Shown piece by piece: positions 1-10,300 of a DNA stretch of 64,000 bases; within the stretch, counting starts at the first letter, position 1; every line of letters begins with the position of its first letter. The notes beneath the pieces were generated by a model. That model saw only the letters and a program-made list of their open reading frames with translations, was not told the DNA's origin and did no database searches. Origin of the DNA: an uncultured delta proteobacterium (GTDB lineage: Bacteria > Desulfobacterota > Desulfobacteria > Desulfobacterales > UBA2156); NCBI GenBank assembly GCA_963736855.1, contig CAVTQK010000009.1:352001-416000 (forward strand), in the 5' to 3' direction. The position numbers and the translations under genes are program-made.

Positions 1-3000
1 ATACCGGCCGCAACCGCTTCCTCGCCGTGCGCGAGCTCAAAATCCAAGGCGTACGGGTACCGCACTATAACCGGCGCGCGGACCTGGTGTGTTTCGTGAA
101 CGGTCTGCCCATGGTCTTCATCGAGCTCAAGGCGGTCTACCGCAACATCCGCGCCGGCTTCGACGACAACCTGACCGACTACATGAGCGAACACAGCATT
201 GCCCAGGCCTTTCATCATAACGCCTTTCTGGTGGTGAGTAACGGCGACCAGGCCCGCTACGGCTCGATCACCAGCCAATGGGAACACTTTGTCGAGTGGA
301 AGCGAAACGCCGAGACGGATAAGGCGAGGCTGGATGCGCAGGCCCTCCTCGACGGCATGCTGGCCAAGGAACGGCTTTTGGACCTGCTTGAAAACTTCAT
401 CCTCTTTGACGACAGCCGGGCGGGCGGTACGCGCAAGATTGTTGCGCGCAACCATCAGGTGCTCGGCGTCAATAGCGCCGTAGGAGCCGTGGTGCGGCAG
501 GAGGAGCTCAAGCGGCAATTCCCGCCGACCGAGCGGCTGATTTCGTACCGTATGCCCAAACCGGAGTTCCTATTGGCCGCGGATGCGCCTTCGGCCGATT
601 CGGCCTATACGACGGCCGCGCGATCCGATAACGCCAAGAACAATGAGCTGCCGCTGGTGAAGCGGGCCCATGAAGATCTGGGGCGCCTGGGTGTTTTCTG
701 GCACACGCAGGGAAGCGGCAAGTCTTACTCCATGGCTTTTTTTGCGGAGAAGGTGCGGCGGGTGGTGCCCGGAAACTTCACCTTCCTGGTGATGACCGAC
801 CGCGAGGACCTGGACGACCAGATCCGGCGCACCATGATCGGCTGCGGCATCACGGACGAGAAGACGCCGCGGGCAGGCTCAGGCAAGGAGCTTAATGAGA
901 TCCTGCGCGCTAATCACCGCTTTGTCTTCAGCCTGATCCACAAGTTCAACCAGCAGGTTGTAGAGCCCTACAGCGAGCGCGACGACATCATCGTCATTTC
1001 GGATGAGGCGCACCGGACCCAGGCGGGCAGGTTCGCGCGCAACATGCGCCTGGCGCTTCCCAACGCATCGTTCATCGGTTTCACCGGCACGCCGCTCTTC
1101 AAGCACGACGAACTGACCAAGCGCATCTTCGGCGGCTACATCTCGCGTTACGACTTCAAGCGCTCCGAAGAGGATCAATTCCACCGTCAGGCTGGTCTAC
1201 GAGAACCGGGGCGAGAAGCTGGGAATCGCCCGGCTCGACCTGAACGACCGCATCGCCGACGCCGTCGAACAGGCCGATCTCGACCCGGATCAGCAAGCCC
1301 TGCTGGAGAAACTGCTCGGAAAGGACTACGAGGTGATCACGGCCGACGACCGTCTGGACAAACTGGCCGAGGATTTTGTGGAGCACTGCGCCACGCGCTG
1401 GGAGACGGGAAAATCCATGCTGGTGTGCATCGACAAGATCACCTGCGCGAGGATGTTCCAGCGCATCGAGCCGCGCTGGAAAGCCAAACTCGCCCGGCTG
1501 CAAGGGAGCATATTGGATTAAGGAGGCAACCCTTGCCGCTGCCAGCCGACACTGACCTCCGGGAGCGTTTGGGAGCGGAACTCGATGCCTTGCGGCGGAC
1601 AGGTGCGGTGGATGGAGAGTACGATCATCGAGATCGTCATCAGCGAGGCCCAGAACGAGGTCCGCGATTTTGCGAAATGGGGATTTGACATCATCCCGCA
1701 CCGGGTGGTGATGAAGACCGGCTTCGAGACACCCGACGGCAAGCGCGTGCCGGTGGAGGATGCCTTCAAGGACCCGCAACACCCTTTCCGCATCGCCATC
1801 GTCTGCGCCATGTGGCTGACCGGTTTTGACGTCGAGTGTCTGGCGACACTCTACATCGACAAACCCATGAAGGCCCACAACCTGATGCAGGCCATCGCCC
1901 GGGCCAACCGCGTGTTTCCCGGCAAAGACTGCGGCGTGATCGTGGACTACAACGGCATGCTCAAGAGCCTGCGCGAGGCCCTGGCGCAGTACGCCTTGGG
2001 CGACGAAGAAGGCGAAGGCGGGTCCGGCGGCATCGTGGCCCCGATCGAGGAACTGGTCGCGAGCCTGCTCCAGGCCATCGAAGCGGCCGAAAATCACCTG
2101 CTCGGCCTGGGCTTCGACTCCAACCCGGCTGAAGGGCGCGACCGGGTTTGACCGGATCGAGGCGCTGCGTGACGCGGTGGACGCACTCTACACCTCGGAC
2201 GAAGCCAAGCGCCGCTTCGAGATCATGGCTCGGCAGGTCTTCATCCGCTTCAAGGCCCTGCTGATGGAGCCGAGCGCGTTTGCCTATGCCGAGCGCCACG
2301 ACAACATCGAGGCCATCTACAAGAAGCTGCAGGACCGGCGCGACACGGCCGACGTGACCGAGGTGCTCAAGGCGCTGCATCGCATCGTCAACGAGGCGAT
2401 TCGCGCGGCAGCCCCGGGCGATGACCACGCCGAAGGGTTGACGGTGGACCTGAGCCGGATCGACTTCGAAAAGCTCCGGAACGAGTTTGCGAGAAAGGTA
2501 CGCCGCAAGCAGGCAGCTCTTCAGGACATCCGTGACGTGGTCGAAAAGAAGCTGGCGCAGATGCTCGCCCGAAATCCGATGCGGATGGACTATTACAAGA
2601 AGTACCAGGAGATCATCGCGGATTACAACCGCGAGAAGGACCGCGCAACGGTCGAAGACACTTTTGCGAAACTGATGGACCTTGCGGAAAGCCTCGATGC
2701 TGAACAGAGGCGGGCCGCGGAGGAAGGGCTGAGCGATAACGAGTTGGCGCTGTTTGATCTTCTGTTCAAGGAGAGCATCAGCAAGAAAGATCGTGAGCGT
2801 TTGAAGCAGGCCAGCCGGGGCCTGCTCTCGTCTCTGCGAGAGCTTCTAACGCCCATGCCGGGATGGCTGCACAACGTCACGACGCAGGCCGAGGTCAGAG
2901 TATTCATCCTCGATCGCCTGTACGATTCGCTGCCTCGTCCGCCATTCACCGACGATGAGACCGAGGATATTGCGTCCCGTGTCTATGACTATGTCTGGCA

Positions 3001-3034
3001 GAGAAGCGCCAGCGGAGAGCTGCTCGCCGCATAG
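1..3034 (+). pseudogene. hsdR: Type I restriction-modification system restriction subunit HsdR, 5' partial, broken by about five +1 frameshifts (real decay or sequencing error)
   Basis: ORFs 27-1688, 1333-1521, 1585-2151 and 2177-3034 carry consecutive HsdR motifs: FIELK (nuclease), WHTQGSGKS (Walker A), DEAHR, FTGTP, MWLTGFD, LMQAIARANR. The frame is open to the window start. Shifts are near 1177, 1516, 1544, 1600 and 2124. Confidence 0.93.
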
Positions 3035-3094
3035 CGCCGTGAAAAAAGGGCGGTCAGCCTTGAACTACGCCGCTGGATATATGAAAAGCATACG

Positions 3095-3427
3095 ATGAAA
3101 GCAACGCTCAAGCCGTTTATCGGTAAATGGTTCATTGTGGAGATGGAGGCGTGGGACCAGGAATACGTCAATATGGAGGTTCCGGGACATTTCACATTCA
3201 AGAAAGACGGAACGGGACATTTTCAGTTCGGACTGGTCCAGGGGGAGATGGACTGCCGGCTGGAAAACATGGATGGTAAAGCACGGATCGACTTCTCCTG
3301 GGAAGGACAGGACGAGCTGGACCCCGTGAGCGGAAGGGGATGGGCCGTGATCGAAAATGAAGAACTGCACGGCCGGATCTTCTTCCACATGGGAGACGAT
3401 TCCACATTCCGGGCTATAAGATCATAA
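3095..3427 (+). CDS. Hypothetical protein (110 aa, predicted beta-rich)
   Basis: Clean ORF with protein-like composition (Trp/Gly/aromatic alternation), co-oriented between hsdR and the next gene. Confidence 0.75.
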   Translation: MKATLKPFIGKWFIVEMEAWDQEYVNMEVPGHFTFKKDGTGHFQFGLVQGEMDCRLENMDGKARIDFSWEGQDELDPVSGRGWAVIENEELHGRIFFHMGDDSTFRAIRS

Positions 3428-3440
3428 AAGGCAAGCTTCC

Positions 3441-4595
3441 ATGAGCGAATACCAATACTACGAATTTCTCGCCATTGACCGACCGCTGACGGCGGATGAG
3501 ATGGCGGCGCTGCGGGCGATTTCCACCCGGGCGCGTATTTCGCCTGTGAGTTTTACCAATGAATACCATTGGGGCGATTTGAAAGCGAATCCGGAAGATC
3601 TGATGAAGCGGTTCTTTGATGCCCATGTCTATGTGGCCAACTGGATGACGGCCATATTCATGGTGCGGTTGCCCATCGAAGCGTTGCCGAAAGAAACGGC
3701 GAAGGCTTTAGCCGTGCCTTACACTTTGGATTTCAAGGCCACTCAAACCCATTGGATCATCGCATGGCATCTGGAAGAGTCCAAAAACTACGACCGCTTC
3801 GGCATGGAAGACGGCCGGGGATGGATGGCACGCCTGGCGCCGGTGCGGGACGAGTTGCTGCGCGGGGACATTCGCAGCCTGTATATCGGATGGCTGGCGG
3901 CCTTGTCCGAGAGATAATGGATGATGACGAATTGGAGCCCATCGCTGTGAATGGGCTGGGACAATTGACATCGGCCCAAAAGGCGCTAGCGGAATTTTTA
4001 GAGGTGGACCAGGACCTGCTGATCGGCGCCGGAATGGGTAATCCGGCTTCGCAAGATGAGGGGATATCCCAACAGCAGATGGATAAATGGATCGACGAAC
4101 TGCCCGACGATGAGGTAAAGGCGGTCCTTAAACAGCTCCTCAATGGCCAGGGACAGCAGGCCGAGCGGACCCTTAAAAACCGGTTTGCGGCATGGCGGCG
4201 TGGTTTGCAAAGCGATGACGGCAAGTCACCCCGGCGGTCGATAGGCAGACCTTTTGGCCAACGCCGGGACGGCTGAAAAGATCCGCCTGGAAAAGCAAAA
4301 TCGCGAAAAGCGGCAGCGGGAGGTCAAACGTCAAAAGGAACGCGAGGTATACCTTAAAAATATAGCCAAGGATTTTCCTAAGGCGTGGAAGTCGGTTCAG
4401 CGGACCGTCGAACGGGGATCGGGCTCGGCCTATGACGAGGCCTGCGGTGCTCTCGTCGATCTTTCCGAAGCCTATGCGCTTCACGCGAGCAAGGAGCGAT
4501 TCCAAGAGGAATTGAAAAAATTCATGGCCGACCACATGAGGCGCAGGGCGCTGGTCCAGAGACTGGTGAAAGCCGGCATCTGGAATGATAAATGA
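3441..4595 (+). pseudogene. Conserved hypothetical protein (MSEYQYYEF... family), split by two frameshifts
   Basis: ORFs 3441-3917, the 3' part of 3752-4276 and 4254-4595 join into one ~385-aa protein with shifts near 3910 and 4250. Confidence 0.7.
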
Positions 4596-4620
4596 GGCGG
4601 GTAGAATTTGGAGATAGCCG

Positions 4621-4977
4621 ATGTCCGGGTCGAATATCAAAACGGATAAAATTGAATGGTCGGGCCGTATCGTGGCTGTCCAGCCCCACATCCGGCTCAT
4701 GCGATCCTCCGATGAGCGGCACCACAGCTACCAGGACTTTGTGCTTCGTATGGACGGAACATGTGCCGGTGAGAGCGGCGAATTCATCATCGCCATCGGG
4801 AAGGCCGCACATCAAAAGCATCAGTTTCGCGTCGGTATGGAAGTGTGCGGCCTATCGAATCCTTTTCCCGATCCGCGAATGGAGATGACTGGATTTTACA
4901 AGACAAGCGGTCTTAACATACTGAAGAAGGTGGAAAATGGGTCACCTCCCGGTCCGCACGGAGGGGAAAGGCCATGA
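4621..4977 (+). CDS. Hypothetical protein, probably C-terminally truncated
   Basis: 118-aa ORF whose stop overlaps the fic start (ATGA). It ends abruptly in a Pro/Gly-rich stretch. Confidence 0.55.
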   Translation: MSGSNIKTDKIEWSGRIVAVQPHIRLMRSSDERHHSYQDFVLRMDGTCAGESGEFIIAIGKAAHQKHQFRVGMEVCGLSNPFPDPRMEMTGFYKTSGLNILKKVENGSPPGPHGGERP

Positions 4978-6041
4978 TGACCCTGCGGCTGTTTTCCCGG
5001 AAGTTCGAATCCGTCCCCGCTGCCACATCCTGGTACCTTGCTGACCTCGGTGAGGCGCGGGGAAAGCAGGAATTATTCACCCGCCAATCGCCGCAGCGTC
5101 TCAAGGTTCTCCGTGAGCACGCCCTTATTGAAAGCGCCGTATCGTCCAACCGGATCGAGGGCGTGGAAGTCGATCAATCACGAATCGCCACCATCGTCTT
5201 CGGCCAGCCGCTCCTGCGGGATCGTGATGAAGAGGAAGTCCGAGGATACCGGCAGGCGCTGACATGGATTCATGAGCAGAGTACGAAACTCCCTATATCG
5301 GAAGAGACCGTTTTACAACTCCACCGCCTGACACGCGGAGAGATCTGGGATGCCGGGAAATACAAGGAAAAAGACGGCGACATCATTGAAAAGTTTCCGG
5401 ATGGCAGGTCGCGGGTCCGCTTTAAAACGGTTTCTGCGGTGGACACGCCAATCTGCATGAAGGACCTGGTGGAGCTTTACGACGACGCCATCAAGGAGCG
5501 TAAAGTCCCACCTCTTGTTCTTTTAGCGGCCTTCAATCTGGATTTTCTCTGCATCCATCCTTTTCGTGACGGCAACGGTCGTGTTTCCAGGCTGCTTCTG
5601 CTCCTGCAATGCTACCATCTGGGGTTCGAGGTCGGCCGATATATCAGCCTGGAGCGCCTTATCGAACAGAACAAGGAACGGTATTACGAAACCTTAGAGC
5701 AAAGCTCCCAGGGCTGGCACGAGGGCAAACATGACCCCTGGCCATACATCAATTACATTCTTTCCATCATCAAGATGGCATATCGTGAATTCGAGCAGCG
5801 CCTTGGCCAACTTCAGAGTCCCAAGGGCGATAAAACAAGTCTCGTTCTTCACGCTATCGACAGAACTCTTGGTCCTTTCAGCGTGGCCGAAATTCAAAAC
5901 AGGTGCCCGAACGTCAGTGTGGATATGGTCCGCCGTGTCCTGAAAAATTTGCGGGCGAAAAATCAGATTGAATGCCTTGGACGCGGCCAGAATGCCAGGT
6001 GGCAAAAAACCGAAAAGTGGCAATTGGGTAATGTCGAATGA
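4974..6041 (+). CDS. Fic family protein (AMPylase fold) with probable C-terminal HTH
   Basis: Catalytic motif HPFRDGNGRVSR and N-terminal SNRIEG inhibitory-type motif; upstream GGAGG SD. Confidence 0.92.
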   Translation: MMTLRLFSRKFESVPAATSWYLADLGEARGKQELFTRQSPQRLKVLREHALIESAVSSNRIEGVEVDQSRIATIVFGQPLLRDRDEEEVRGYRQALTWIHEQSTKLPISEETVLQLHRLTRGEIWDAGKYKEKDGDIIEKFPDGRSRVRFKTVSAVDTPICMKDLVELYDDAIKERKVPPLVLLAAFNLDFLCIHPFRDGNGRVSRLLLLLQCYHLGFEVGRYISLERLIEQNKERYYETLEQSSQGWHEGKHDPWPYINYILSIIKMAYREFEQRLGQLQSPKGDKTSLVLHAIDRTLGPFSVAEIQNRCPNVSVDMVRRVLKNLRAKNQIECLGRGQNARWQKTEKWQLGNVE

Positions 6042-6081
6042 AATGGGTAACGAATTGGGTAACGATAGGAGATCGTAATCC

Positions 6082-6570
6082 ATGACAAATCTTCCGGACA
6101 AAGCACCTCGTTCCAACTTGCTCCTCTACCAGACGGAAGACGGCGGCACGCGCATCCAAGTTCGGCTGGAGAATGAGACGGTCTGGCTGACGCAGAAGAT
6201 GATGGCCGAGCTGTTTCAAAAAGATGTCCGCACCATCAATGAACATATCCGCACCATCTACGATGAGGGGGAACTCAAACCGGAGGGAACTATCCGGAAA
6301 TTCCGGATAGTTCAACCCGAAGGCACCCGACAGGTTTCGCGGGCAGTCGATTTCTACAACCTGGACGTAATAATCTCCGTCGGCTACCGGGTGAAATCCC
6401 ACCGAGGCAGCGAATATGAAAAGTTCCGGAAACAGATGTTGGAAGAGCCGACTCCCGTGGAACGGCATTTTATTGAAGCGATCCGAGAAGTTAAAAAACT
6501 CGAGAGAAGCAAACCAGCAAGCGCGAAGAAGCAAAAGGATAGCGGCGCAAAGAGGTCAAAGGGGATATAG
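6082..6570 (+). pseudogene. RhuM-like (virulence RhuM family) protein with in-frame internal deletion
   Basis: RhuM N-terminal signature (LYQTEDG..ENETVWLTQKMMAELF..YNLDVIISVGYRVKS) is joined directly to a C-terminal-type segment (SEYEKFR..VERHF); only 162 aa. Confidence 0.75.
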
Positions 6571-6718
6571 GGTGAAACACTGCGAAACGGCTCGGCCATG
6601 CGGATCAGCCCTATCACCCGGAAGTTTATGGAGATCCACGCGGAACGCGACGAAGCTAAAGCGTCATAGAAAGATTTAGGCCACCGAGTCGTTTACCTGT
6701 TGCTCAAGGATGTTTTAA

Positions 6719-7834
6719 ATGCCATTCAAAATCAAAATGTATTGGATCCTTTGGATTTTCTTGGGTTTGATCCTTGCAGGAAGTTGGGGAAATTTTTCTT
6801 TTGCAAAGATTTACAAATACCGGGATCCAAGCGGAAACTGGCATTACACGGATACACCCTCCGATGAACAAAGAGCTGAAGAAGTTGAAGGCAACAAAAG
6901 CGAATCCCATCCGATCAGCTGGGATCTGGATCGACACCTCGAAGAAAAATTGCACCCGAGAAATTCACTGGAAAAAGCCAGAAATTTTACAGTCACGATT
7001 CAAACCCCCATCGGGCTGGGTTCCGGATTTTTCATCGATGAAAACGGTTCCATAGTCACCAATCGGCATATCTTCGAGGGAGATAGGAATCAAATTGCGG
7101 CCGCGAGTCAGGTTTTCAAGGTCGAAAAGGCCCGATTGGAGCAATTTAGAAAAGAATTATTTTTATTTGCCGTCAATTTGGTCCAATACGAGGGGCTCGG
7201 TGAGGACCCGCAAATGGCTCACAGCCTGAAAAATCAGGATTTGGATTCTTTTTTAAGGCTGTACAAGGAAATCAACCGAAAAGACGCCGCTTATAAAATC
7301 AACTCGGAACGTTTCGACAAGCTGATGAAGGATTATCATCAAAGGCAGGAAAAACTCGATAAACTGAAAGAATATCTTCAAGATGCAGAAGTTCAAGCCG
7401 ACAACCCGCCGGGTTATGTGACCGTCATACTGGCCGATAATACGACTTTCGAGGCGAAATTCGTCACAAAAAGCCCTGATCACGATCTGGCCTTGTTCCA
7501 ATTGTCCGGGTATAAAACGCCGATGCCGAAAATTGGAGATGTTCTCGGTCTTCAGGCTGGGTCTCGCGTTTTTGCCATCGGAAGCCCCTTGGGCTTGAGC
7601 CATTCGGTCTCCGAAGGAATCTTTTCAGCCTTAAGAAAAGATAAGCTGGGCGCATGGATCATCCAAAGCACGGCCAAGGTCAATAAAGGCAACAGCGGCG
7701 GCCCGTTAATCGATGAACAAGGCAGGGTTTTGGGTGTCAATACGGCAAAGGTGATGGGTCCAGGGGTCGAAGGCATCAGTTTTTCCATCTCCATCCACAC
7801 GGTCATGGAAGCGTTTAAAAATGAGCTGAAATAA
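6719..7834 (+). CDS. Secreted trypsin-like serine protease with N-terminal DUF4124-like domain
   Basis: Signal peptide; IYKYRDPSGNWHYTD; catalytic triad motifs TNRH, HDLAL, GNSGGP. Confidence 0.85.
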   Translation: MPFKIKMYWILWIFLGLILAGSWGNFSFAKIYKYRDPSGNWHYTDTPSDEQRAEEVEGNKSESHPISWDLDRHLEEKLHPRNSLEKARNFTVTIQTPIGLGSGFFIDENGSIVTNRHIFEGDRNQIAAASQVFKVEKARLEQFRKELFLFAVNLVQYEGLGEDPQMAHSLKNQDLDSFLRLYKEINRKDAAYKINSERFDKLMKDYHQRQEKLDKLKEYLQDAEVQADNPPGYVTVILADNTTFEAKFVTKSPDHDLALFQLSGYKTPMPKIGDVLGLQAGSRVFAIGSPLGLSHSVSEGIFSALRKDKLGAWIIQSTAKVNKGNSGGPLIDEQGRVLGVNTAKVMGPGVEGISFSISIHTVMEAFKNELK

Positions 7835-8716
7835 ATGAACCTGGACCTCCAAAAAAAATTTAGCGAGACTGAAAAATCATTAAAAAAACTCCCTGAGAGA
7901 TGCGCCGTGTGCGGAAACGACACGGGTTCGGTTTTGATGCGGCACGATCCATGGCGGGTTCTGGCCTGCACCCGATGCGGTCTCGGGGTTCTCGATCCGC
8001 GTCCTTCCGAAGACGATCTTCAAAAACTCTACGAAGCCGATTATTTTTTAAGACAATACGACGCCGGCCTGGATCCGTCATCCGCGGAGTTTCAAAAGCG
8101 GATTCAAAGCGAGGATCACCGGGTTCGATTCATCCGGAAAGCAGCCTTTTCCGGAAAAATTTTGGACATGGGTTGCGGATACGGGTATTTCCTGGAAGCC
8201 GCTCGGAAAGCCGGGTTCGAGGGAGTGGGCTATGAAATTGCGCAATGGGCTGCCCGGTATGCCTCTGATAGCCTGGGGATCCCCATCGCCATCGGCCCCT
8301 TATCGGCGGATTTGTTCGCGGCGAAGCACTTCGATATCATCTCCATGTGGCATTTTCTGGAGCACACTTCGGACCCGAACCTTACCATCGCTGCCGCGGC
8401 CGGCTGGCTGAAAGAAGACGGTGCGTTGGTGATCGACGTCCCCAACTATGAAGGGACGGATGCCCAAAAAAGCGGGGAATCCTGGGTCGGATGGCAGCTG
8501 CCGTATCACTTATACCATTTTTCACCGATTAGCTTGAAGGCGCTTCTCGAAAAGCATGGATTCACGATTTACGCGTCCAAGGATTACCACTCGGAAGTCG
8601 TCAAAAAGAAACTGGGTCGGATCCCTATCCTCCGATGGGTGGCCCGTCCCATCGCGAAATTATATTCGGGGACGAGCATCGCCGTCATCGCCCGGCGAAA
8701 AAATCCTTCGGCATAA
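7835..8716 (+). CDS. Class I SAM-dependent methyltransferase with N-terminal CxxC..CxxC motif
   Basis: ILDMGCGYG motif I, FDIISMWHFLEH, CAVC/CTRC. Confidence 0.85.
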   Translation: MNLDLQKKFSETEKSLKKLPERCAVCGNDTGSVLMRHDPWRVLACTRCGLGVLDPRPSEDDLQKLYEADYFLRQYDAGLDPSSAEFQKRIQSEDHRVRFIRKAAFSGKILDMGCGYGYFLEAARKAGFEGVGYEIAQWAARYASDSLGIPIAIGPLSADLFAAKHFDIISMWHFLEHTSDPNLTIAAAAGWLKEDGALVIDVPNYEGTDAQKSGESWVGWQLPYHLYHFSPISLKALLEKHGFTIYASKDYHSEVVKKKLGRIPILRWVARPIAKLYSGTSIAVIARRKNPSA

Positions 8717-8728
8717 AAGGAGGAAGAC

Positions 8729-9574
8729 ATGATCATCGATTTTCACACGCACCTTTTCCCGGAAGAGATCCGGAACAATCGGGAGCGCTTTTTCGACGGC
8801 GAGCCGGCGTTTCAACTCCTTTATAAATCCCCTTCATCCCGGCTTGCCGGGATGAATGACATCCTGAAGGTCATGGATGAAGACGGAGTCGGTGTCTCCG
8901 TGATATTCGGCTTTCCATGGAAAAACCTTGAGACCGCAAGGCGCCACAACGACTACATCATGGAAGCCGTCTCGAAGCACCCGGATCGGCTGGTCGGATT
9001 GTGCTGCCTGGAAACGATTTCGGATCCGTCCGGGCAGGAAGTGCGGCGTTGTCTGGACGGAGGGCTTTCCGGCGTGGGGGAGATCGCCTTTTACGATTCC
9101 GGTCTTGACGAAAAGGTTTTGGAAAGCCTCAATTCAGCCATGGAGGTCTGTAAAAACCGGGATATGCCCGTGCTGATCCATGTCAACGAACCCGTCGGAC
9201 ATGCGTATGCGGGAAAAACAAGGGTAACGCTTGCCCAGATCGAGACGCTTGTCCGGCGATACCCTCAAAACAGGATTGTGCTGGCTCATTGGGGCGGCGG
9301 AATCTTCTTTTTTCACCTTTTGAAAAAAGAAATCAAGGAAGCGCTAAAAAACGTTTTTTTCGACACCGCTGCCTCCCCTTTCCTATACGATCCCAAAATC
9401 TATCGGGTGGCATCCGACATCATCGGGCCTGAAAAAATACTTTTCGGAAGCGATTTTCCCCTCATCCGGCCCAAAAGGGGATTGCAGGAAATGGAAAAGG
9501 CGGGATTGAACCCGGAAGAAATCGTCCGGATTCAAGGGCAAAATGCGGCCGGGCTTTTGAAATTAAACCTTTGA
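8729..9574 (+). CDS. Amidohydrolase family protein
   Basis: IIDFHTH, LAHWGGG, ILFGSDFP; AGGAGG SD. Confidence 0.88.
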   Translation: MIIDFHTHLFPEEIRNNRERFFDGEPAFQLLYKSPSSRLAGMNDILKVMDEDGVGVSVIFGFPWKNLETARRHNDYIMEAVSKHPDRLVGLCCLETISDPSGQEVRRCLDGGLSGVGEIAFYDSGLDEKVLESLNSAMEVCKNRDMPVLIHVNEPVGHAYAGKTRVTLAQIETLVRRYPQNRIVLAHWGGGIFFFHLLKKEIKEALKNVFFDTAASPFLYDPKIYRVASDIIGPEKILFGSDFPLIRPKRGLQEMEKAGLNPEEIVRIQGQNAAGLLKLNL

Positions 9575-10249
9575 ATCCAGTTTCTTGATCAGGTCTTGGA
9601 TTTTTTCCCGATGCTCCCAGGGGACCATGAGACGGCGCAAGGGACGATTGGGTATGACAACGCGCCGGACAGCCGATGGCTGAGTGAGATCTGCCCGATA
9701 AACGCCGTCGGATTCTGCAAGTTCCAGAAATACATCCGATAAGTTGCCCGAAAATCCTTTGACATCCAGGTGTTCGACATACTGCATCAAGACATGGGCA
9801 ACGGTAAGGACAAAGGGATTCATGGTGGCATGCCCCAAATCCCGGCATGAGATTTCCGAGACCATGGATCGACACATGAAGGGCCGAAAGGCATAGATCG
9901 TGCATTTCCCTTCCTCCAGCAAGGGGCATATGTCCCAGTCCGGATTTCCCTCTTCGTCGGGCACGTCCTCTCCCGAATCAAGAAGATCGGCCATCTGGTT
10001 GAGGGTGAGAGTGGGTTGAAACCGGGGTAGGTTTTTCAGGCCGATGATGCGGTCAAAAAGGCCCCCGGTTGCTGAAGCATCCAGGTTCTGAAGGATCCAC
10101 TCCCCTTCCAGAGCGGTCATCACCACATTTCGGGTGCAGCATGCCGCGCATCCTTTTTCACAGGCCAAGGGATGCGGCTGTATGAACCCGTCGAAGAGCC
10201 GATAAATTCGTTGCAGTTGCATCAGTCGCTCATTCATGTACAGGTTCAA
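9563..10249 (-). CDS. YkgJ-family cysteine-cluster (Fe-S/Zn) protein
   Basis: CEKGCAACC...CPLL...CTIYAFRPFMCR. The start may be 10237 (AGGAG SD upstream). Confidence 0.8.
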   Translation of the reverse strand: MNLYMNERLMQLQRIYRLFDGFIQPHPLACEKGCAACCTRNVVMTALEGEWILQNLDASATGGLFDRIIGLKNLPRFQPTLTLNQMADLLDSGEDVPDEEGNPDWDICPLLEEGKCTIYAFRPFMCRSMVSEISCRDLGHATMNPFVLTVAHVLMQYVEHLDVKGFSGNLSDVFLELAESDGVYRADLTQPSAVRRVVIPNRPLRRLMVPWEHREKIQDLIKKLDSKV

Positions 10250-10300
10250 GCTCCTTTCAGGGTTTTTTGCCGGATCGTCAAAGGGGAAAAAGGGTCAGAA

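Noticed and set aside
1170..2130. Programmed frameshifting or phase variation in hsdR
   Set aside because: The shifts are multiple and not at long homopolymers or slippery heptamers.
6571..6718. tRNA or att site at the island's right boundary
   Set aside because: No cloverleaf or recognisable attachment repeat; the left boundary is outside the window, so it cannot be compared.
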